DNA from: a virus
Strand: one strand, 5' to 3'
DNA length: 64,000 bases
IMG/VR virus record: IMGVR_UViG_3300046804_004458
Span: 15,660 to 79,659 of that record
Each line of letters starts with the position of its first letter. The first letter of the stretch is position 1. The notes below the pieces were generated by a model that was not told the DNA's origin, did no database searches, and was given only the letters and a program-made list of their open reading frames with translations. This document shows, piece by piece, positions 58,523 to 64,000 of this stretch. The translations under genes were made by a program, and so were the position numbers.

Positions 58523-59713
58523 TTATTTTCTAATAATTACATTAATACTTTCTATAATAGTTTCTGGTAATATTTTTTTTGTACACTCAAATGCTCTTTC
58601 AGAGTCCTTATGCTCTGGACACCAGTCCCAGTCTCCTGGGTCTAACCACTCTCTGTTAAAACATCCTGAGCAGGTAAATGGATTGGTGGGGCTAACTCTG
58701 ATACAATCCTGAAACTCTGTATGAGGAAGACTAAATCCAGATATTAAAATAGTTTTTGTTCCTAAAGCCCAAGACAACCATGATAATCCAGAGCCAAGTC
58801 CTATAAACAAAGCTGCTCCTTTTATATCTATTAACCTTTCTTGTATAGGGATATCTCCTGTTTTATCTATTACATTCTGTAATTTTCCATATAACTTATT
58901 GTCATGTAATGGGTCTCCTAGTTTTTCTTGGGTAATCATTACTACTTTGTATCCAATAGAATTTAGGTAGTCAATTACTATTTGCCACCCACCTGGGTTA
59001 TTCCAGTATTTAGCATGGCTAGAAGCATGTGGAGCTATTACTACATATTTTTCTTTTATATCTGTAGACTTTTGTGGTAGTGTTATCTTTGGCCGGATTT
59101 CTGCAGAGGAAAGATTAAGCACAGCACTTGCACTATCCTGAAGAGACTTTGTTCTGCAATTTATAGGAGACCTATTATAGTCAGCTTTTTTTCCTGCATG
59201 AAAGAATCCCACAGTATATTGAGCATACAAATTAGGTACTTCTGTTCCAGGCTCAACAAATTCTATATGAGGGTATTCTTTTTCAAACAGGTAATTATGG
59301 TAGGTAGATACTATTACATTGCAATTGTATTTCTTTTGAAATTGATCTACTTTAGCAAACCAAGCAACTGTGTCTCCAAGAGCTTTTGAGTCAAAGTAAA
59401 TTAATACTCTTTTACCTGTAGGACTAAAAGAATGGCTAGCTATTAGCTGATTATTTTCATATACATTAATAAGCCAGTTAATACAGTACTCTTTATTTGT
59501 TTTACACCACTGGTTATTACCTATAGTAGTAACATAGTCTATTATACCAGTATCCTGATCAATAAACTCTACCTTATAAGAAGCAGGTGTATTTCCTGAA
59601 ATACGTACATTGGCTCCTAGTATAAAAGAAATACTTATATCATTTTTCCAAACAAGATTGGCCCGGTTGTTTATTGTAGTTTTGTTGTAAATGCTTAATA
59701 GAAGATCTTTCAT
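58523..59713 (-). CDS. Aah/TibC-family (autotransporter heptosyltransferase-like) protein O-glycosyltransferase
   Basis: ALGDTVAW; KYWNNPGGW; FIGLGSGLSWLSWA; LISGFSLPHTEF; iron-finger-like CSGCFN..WCP..FECT. Confidence 0.88.
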   Translation of the reverse strand: MKDLLLSIYNKTTINNRANLVWKNDISISFILGANVRISGNTPASYKVEFIDQDTGIIDYVTTIGNNQWCKTNKEYCINWLINVYENNQLIASHSFSPTGKRVLIYFDSKALGDTVAWFAKVDQFQKKYNCNVIVSTYHNYLFEKEYPHIEFVEPGTEVPNLYAQYTVGFFHAGKKADYNRSPINCRTKSLQDSASAVLNLSSAEIRPKITLPQKSTDIKEKYVVIAPHASSHAKYWNNPGGWQIVIDYLNSIGYKVVMITQEKLGDPLHDNKLYGKLQNVIDKTGDIPIQERLIDIKGAALFIGLGSGLSWLSWALGTKTILISGFSLPHTEFQDCIRVSPTNPFTCSGCFNREWLDPGDWDWCPEHKDSERAFECTKKILPETIIESINVIIRK

Positions 59714-61605
59714 TGTTTTACAATATTTTTATTGTATATTTCTATACTATTGTATTTTGAATGTACCAACATGTCAATAATAATTTCTTTATCTTGGTAG
59801 TTTATTTTGTGTACCTGCATCTTTGGTATTAAGTAAATAGATTCCCCAGGTAACTCTGCGTAATAAGTAGAGTCTACTAACAAACTATCACTAAGATTAT
59901 TTAAGTAAAGTAGATCATGTGTGTCTGAGTAGCTGTAAACATTAAACTTAAAATCATCAAATTGAAAATTTGTCAGTTCTAGGTTAGTTATATTTACCAT
60001 GTTGTACTTAGTACCAAATCTATATAAATCAGCAGCTGGTAAACTTGCATACTTATATCTGTATTTGCCAAGAAGTTTGTGAAGAATATCTTCTATTATT
60101 GAAGTGTTATACTCATTTACAAAAAAGTCTTTCTTACTGTTTATAGTAGTAAAAAGTTCATAAGCAGCATTTGCTTGGGCAGAAAACAAATTAGTAGTTA
60201 CTCTGTTCTCAGTGTTATAATAATCAGTTGATTTATAAAAAACAAAACTACTCTGATCAAGCAAAGCTGAATGATTTTCTAAGTATCTTTTGTCTTGTAC
60301 TATACAGTCATAATCTATAAAATGTATTTTATCATACCAGTCTATTTCTTTTAAATACAAAACAGCATTTTCCCATAAAGTCCATACAGCATATCCATGT
60401 GTATAGTCAGTTGATTTTATAAGTTTTCGGTCATCAGTAACATTATATATAATATTGACTACTCCATGCTTTTCATATTCTTCCTTATAAAGAAGATTAT
60501 CAGTACAATCCACTACATTATAAGTCACTTTGTTTTTAACTGTGTCAGGTATAGGATAGTGAGTACTAATCATTATATCATAGCCAAAAGAAGTAACATT
60601 GTCTATGAGCTCATTAAGATAGCCCATTTTCTGCTCTGTATCTGGGTATGCAGTTATAACTACTATCTCTGTATTTTTAGAAATAATTTCTCCTTTTATT
60701 AATTTTAAATTTCTAACTTTGTTACTGGAAAGAAACTTAATGTTTTTATAAGAGTCATAGTTGTTATTATAAACAGGAAGGTTGTACATTAATATAGGAA
60801 TATTCCAACTTATACCTTCTCTGATAACTAATGGATTAAGTTCCAGTTGTGATGTAAACAAAAGCAAATCCATACAATTGTAAAAGTTGTCTACATCATT
60901 TCTTTCCCCCCACACAGTGCAGTTATTTGGCTTTTCTGCCATTAAAGGTTTCCAATACTCACTAAAATTAATAGCTTGGTTTCCTACAAAATGAAATTCA
61001 ATATCAGGAAGCAATTTGGCATACTCAAATATTTCAGCCTGGTTCTTACCTGGTGTAAATAACCCAACATTTAAAACATGTTTCTTTGCTGGATCTAGTC
61101 CTAATAATTTAAGTCCTTCTGTTCTATCTCCTCTTGTATGTTGTTCAATAGGATACTCTACCAAATACATAGGTGTGTTTAAAGACTTGTACTGATTTAT
61201 TTGAAAGGGGCTTACAAAAATAAAAGCATCTGGTAAATATTTTTTATACTGATAATGAGAACCATGAGAGGTTTCAAATATTTTGTATTTTCTATCCGGG
61301 CTATAAATTACTTTTAATAGATAAGGTGCTATAAAAGATTCTGAAAACTCTGCAATATGTATAATATCTGGTTGAATAGAATTTAATATCCTCTGTAGTT
61401 GCTGAGGAAAAAGAAGTGTAATTAGTTTGTCTCCTATAAGATCCTTGATCTTATTTTTTTGTACAACAAACACTCCACCTGTAACATCATTATACTCTAC
61501 TACATAAATCTCATACTCAGTACAAAGAAGTTCAACTTGTTTAGCTAAGTATTGAGGAAGGCCACCAGTAGATAAATGTGGAGTTACAAAAAGAAGCTTT
61601 TGCAT
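59710..61605 (-). CDS. two-domain glycosyltransferase (GT-B/GT4-like plus a DxD-containing C-terminal domain)
   Basis: PHLSTGGLPQY; VLNVGLFTPGKNQ; WGERNDVDNFY; ELNPLVIREG; FIDYDC. TACATTTG lies just before the ATG, suggesting a leaderless mRNA. Confidence 0.85.
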   Translation of the reverse strand: MQKLLFVTPHLSTGGLPQYLAKQVELLCTEYEIYVVEYNDVTGGVFVVQKNKIKDLIGDKLITLLFPQQLQRILNSIQPDIIHIAEFSESFIAPYLLKVIYSPDRKYKIFETSHGSHYQYKKYLPDAFIFVSPFQINQYKSLNTPMYLVEYPIEQHTRGDRTEGLKLLGLDPAKKHVLNVGLFTPGKNQAEIFEYAKLLPDIEFHFVGNQAINFSEYWKPLMAEKPNNCTVWGERNDVDNFYNCMDLLLFTSQLELNPLVIREGISWNIPILMYNLPVYNNNYDSYKNIKFLSSNKVRNLKLIKGEIISKNTEIVVITAYPDTEQKMGYLNELIDNVTSFGYDIMISTHYPIPDTVKNKVTYNVVDCTDNLLYKEEYEKHGVVNIIYNVTDDRKLIKSTDYTHGYAVWTLWENAVLYLKEIDWYDKIHFIDYDCIVQDKRYLENHSALLDQSSFVFYKSTDYYNTENRVTTNLFSAQANAAYELFTTINSKKDFFVNEYNTSIIEDILHKLLGKYRYKYASLPAADLYRFGTKYNMVNITNLELTNFQFDDFKFNVYSYSDTHDLLYLNNLSDSLLVDSTYYAELPGESIYLIPKMQVHKINYQDKEIIIDMLVHSKYNSIEIYNKNIVKQ

Positions 61606-61674
61606 AAGACAAATGTACTATGTTTTATTTAACAACATATTATTTATTAAATAAAATAGTTAGTTTTAAATATA

Positions 61675-62340
61675 CTATCCAAACAAAAAGAAAAATTTTC
61701 CATTTGTTGTTGGTGCCACTGCAGGTGGCATAAAGCTAGCAATGTTTGTTGCATATGTTGCTCCAACATTACCTGGACCCCAACCAGGGTTTGTAGCAGT
61801 TGCTGTAGTTTGTATTACATATGCAACACCACCAAGAAATGCAGTAGCTGTAGGCCATGTACCAACTAGATTATAACCAGATGGTAATGAAGGAGCACTA
61901 CCGGTAGTAGCCTGATAAAAACCTGTTACTACAAGACATCCATTAACAGATGGAGTAATAGACCCAGGGCCCTGTGGATTAGAAGATGTTCCTCCTGTGG
62001 AACCATTTTGTTGATCAAATGGAGAAGTAGCTGTTCTAGCACCACTTACTGCAACTACACATAGCCCAGAGAAAGTAGAAGTAGTAGTAAAAGTATGACC
62101 AGAACCTACTGTAGGATTTGAGCAATAATACATTCTTACAGCAGAGTTAGAAGATGCCTCTTGGTAGTCAGTAAGAGCTGTCCAAACATTACCTTTACTA
62201 TCTGATAAATTAGATCCAGAAGCTCTACGGTATTCTAAAGCAACCACTATAAGGTCAGCACCTGTAGTGTTTATTCCTACACTTGTACCTCCAGTAGCAC
62301 CAAATTGAGATGCTTGTGTTACAACTATGGATATTGCCAT
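61675..62340 (-). CDS. S/T/G-rich beta-sheet virion (fibre-associated) protein
   Basis: ADLIVV, SDSKGNVWT, GSITPSVNGCLVV; hydrophobic tail GKFFFLFG. Confidence 0.7.
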   Translation of the reverse strand: MAISIVVTQASQFGATGGTSVGINTTGADLIVVALEYRRASGSNLSDSKGNVWTALTDYQEASSNSAVRMYYCSNPTVGSGHTFTTTSTFSGLCVVAVSGARTATSPFDQQNGSTGGTSSNPQGPGSITPSVNGCLVVTGFYQATTGSAPSLPSGYNLVGTWPTATAFLGGVAYVIQTTATATNPGWGPGNVGATYATNIASFMPPAVAPTTNGKFFFLFG

Positions 62341-62341
62341 A

Positions 62342-62473
62342 TTATTGTTTTAGTATAGATATAACATATTCTGCTCCAGCCATAAACTGTGCTTGTTGTT
62401 CAACAGGAACTACTTGAATAATATATGTCTGTACAGCTTCAATTATTGATTGCTCTTGTTCTGAAGTAATCAT
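62342..62473 (-). CDS. small protein (43 aa, MITSEQEQSIIEAVQTYIIQVVPVEQQAQFMAGAEYVISILKQ)
   Basis: TAATG coupling to the fibre gene; fills the gap exactly. Confidence 0.55.
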   Translation of the reverse strand: MITSEQEQSIIEAVQTYIIQVVPVEQQAQFMAGAEYVISILKQ

Positions 62474-64000
62474 TAGAAATTATTTAAGTAAGCTAATAAA
62501 TCCCATCTGCTATCAGCAGAGTTCCACATAAAACCACAATATAATGTTTTACTTATTACTGTTGTTGTAGGCAAAGCAAGATCAGATGAAGCTCTAAATG
62601 CACCAGAAGAACCTGTTGTCCAGGTAAGTGCTCTGGCTGTACCATTATCTTTTATTCTTATTACAAGTCTTTGTCCATCAGTAGGGGTACCTGTAGGAGC
62701 ATTAATTGTCATAGCAGCAGCTAATGCTGTTACTGTATAGTTATCAGTTGCATCTGAATCTATTGTAAGAGATCCAGTAGAAGTAGTAGTATTAACTCTA
62801 GGAGTTATTCTTTTATTTGTAAAAGTATTTGTAGAGCTTATAGTTGGTACTACTACTCCCTCAACAGCTAATACTCCTGCAGAACTTCTAGACAAAGTTG
62901 TATCAGAAGCATGTCCAAGTTCTATAGTACCTGTAGTAAAAGCTGTAGAAGTACCAACTTGAAATGTAGTTATACCTGCCCAAGTTATATCATCTCCTGT
63001 TTGAGTACATGTAGCATCTCCATTGTCCCAATTTATTACTCCTCCTTCTGCAAGAAACAAATCACTCCATTGTTTTGCAGTAGAGCCCAATGCACCCCCA
63101 TCTGAAGTTCCTAATATAAGATCTGTATTAATAGCTACAGAAGACAAGTTAGATAGAGCTGCATTAGCACCAGTACCTGAGCCACTAGTTCCACTAGTTC
63201 CACTTAATCCATTAGCTCCACTAGTTCCACTAGTACCATTATTGCCACTAGTTCCATTGTTACCTGAAGTACCGGATGAACCAGTGTTACCAGATGTACC
63301 ATTACTACCATTAACACCAGATGTACCAGAACTTCCGGTATTACCAGAAGATCCTGATGTACCATTTACACCACTTGTTCCATTAATTCCGGAAGTTCCA
63401 TTTGTTCCATTTACTCCCGATGACCCACTAGAACCAGATACACCTGAAGTACCATTTATTCCCGATGATCCTGAAACTCCTGATGACCCTGATGAACCTG
63501 TTGTTCCAGAAGTACCATTTATACCAGAACTGCCTGATGTACCATTAACTCCAGAGGTGCCATTATTTCCAGAAGTACCAGAAGACCCACTTGTACCGGT
63601 AGTTCCGGAAGTACCATTGGTACCTGCTTGAGTATATGTTATTAGTTGGGCAGTAAATATAACGGAAGGAGCTTCAGGTGTAGTGGGAGTTGTACCTGCT
63701 GCTATTGTTTTTGCTGAAATTGTAGTATCCTCTGTCTGCCACATTAACTGTATGTAGTCCCCAGCATTTAACTTGATAATATTGTTAATAGCTGCAATTA
63801 AAGTACCATCTGTTCCACCATGACTAAGAGGTACAGTATACTGGCTATTTGTATCAGCTATATCACCTGCACTTCCACTATCATTTTTTCTTAGCCATAC
63901 ATTTACTATATTATTACTTGCAGTAGATGTGGCTGTATTTAAAAATTGTATAGAGTATTGTAAATTGTATACCCCATCGTATGCAAAAGTAATTTGAGTA
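62473..64000 (-). CDS. tail fibre with C1q/BclA-like domain and G-X-S/N collagen-like repeat (5' end beyond the window)
   Basis: Frame stays open to the window end (..GVYNLQYSIQF..VWLRKN..LNAGDYIQLMW..); GTSGSSG repeats. Confidence 0.85.
   Translation of the reverse strand, partial: TQITFAYDGVYNLQYSIQFLNTATSTASNNIVNVWLRKNDSGSAGDIADTNSQYTVPLSHGGTDGTLIAAINNIIKLNAGDYIQLMWQTEDTTISAKTIAAGTTPTTPEAPSVIFTAQLITYTQAGTNGTSGTTGTSGSSGTSGNNGTSGVNGTSGSSGINGTSGTTGSSGSSGVSGSSGINGTSGVSGSSGSSGVNGTNGTSGINGTSGVNGTSGSSGNTGSSGTSGVNGSNGTSGNTGSSGTSGNNGTSGNNGTSGTSGANGLSGTSGTSGSGTGANAALSNLSSVAINTDLILGTSDGGALGSTAKQWSDLFLAEGGVINWDNGDATCTQTGDDITWAGITTFQVGTSTAFTTGTIELGHASDTTLSRSSAGVLAVEGVVVPTISSTNTFTNKRITPRVNTTTSTGSLTIDSDATDNYTVTALAAAMTINAPTGTPTDGQRLVIRIKDNGTARALTWTTGSSGAFRASSDLALPTTTVISKTLYCGFMWNSADSRWDLLAYLNNF
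63167..63626 (-). repeat. (G-X-S/N)n triplet repeat in the fibre gene
   Basis: About 50 Gly-X-Y triplets such as GTS, GSS, GVN, GIN, GNT. Confidence 0.92.

Noticed and set aside
63023-63631. 202-aa + strand Pro/Val-rich ORF
   Set aside because: Antisense shadow of the G-X-S repeat in the fibre gene.
1-64000. Stop-codon reassignment, known in some crAss-like phages
   Set aside because: Genes up to 16 kb are open in the standard code, and TAG and TGA both end genes at tight junctions.
1-64000. tRNA genes, a diversity-generating retroelement or integrase/att sites
   Set aside because: No cloverleaf in the short intergenic gaps, and no reverse transcriptase, TR/VR pair or recombinase recognised.

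Overview
A 64-kb segment of a large, AT-rich, standard-code dsDNA phage related to crAss-like phages. The host is probably a Bacteroidetes, since TAnnTTTG-type promoters are present. The + strand (1-8.3 kb) carries recombination and DNA-metabolism genes: two PD-(D/E)xK nucleases, RecA, an HNH nuclease, a degenerate UDG and two free-standing homing endonucleases. The - strand (8.3-64 kb) carries a lysis cassette, a 1960-aa virion cargo protein and a 5392-aa virion RNA polymerase (DFDLD motif). It continues with three cargo-like proteins punctuated by roughly 40 [MFYA]xxGG motifs, a ferritin-like protein, tail muzzle/ring proteins, an HU/IHF-like protein, Cys-rich/Fn3-like tail proteins, two glycosyltransferases (one Aah/TibC type) and a G-X-S repeat fibre cut by the window end. 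The most unusual observations are: (1) di-glycine-punctuated modular polyproteins; (2) two homing endonucleases that seem to have inserted inside genes and supplied a recoded replacement end, leaving the old end as an orphan; (3) a circularly permuted histidine phosphatase in a cargo protein; (4) a candidate virion O-glycosylation module; (5) extreme CpG depletion; (6) a split GH108 endolysin. All family assignments come from motif recognition by eye, not database searches.
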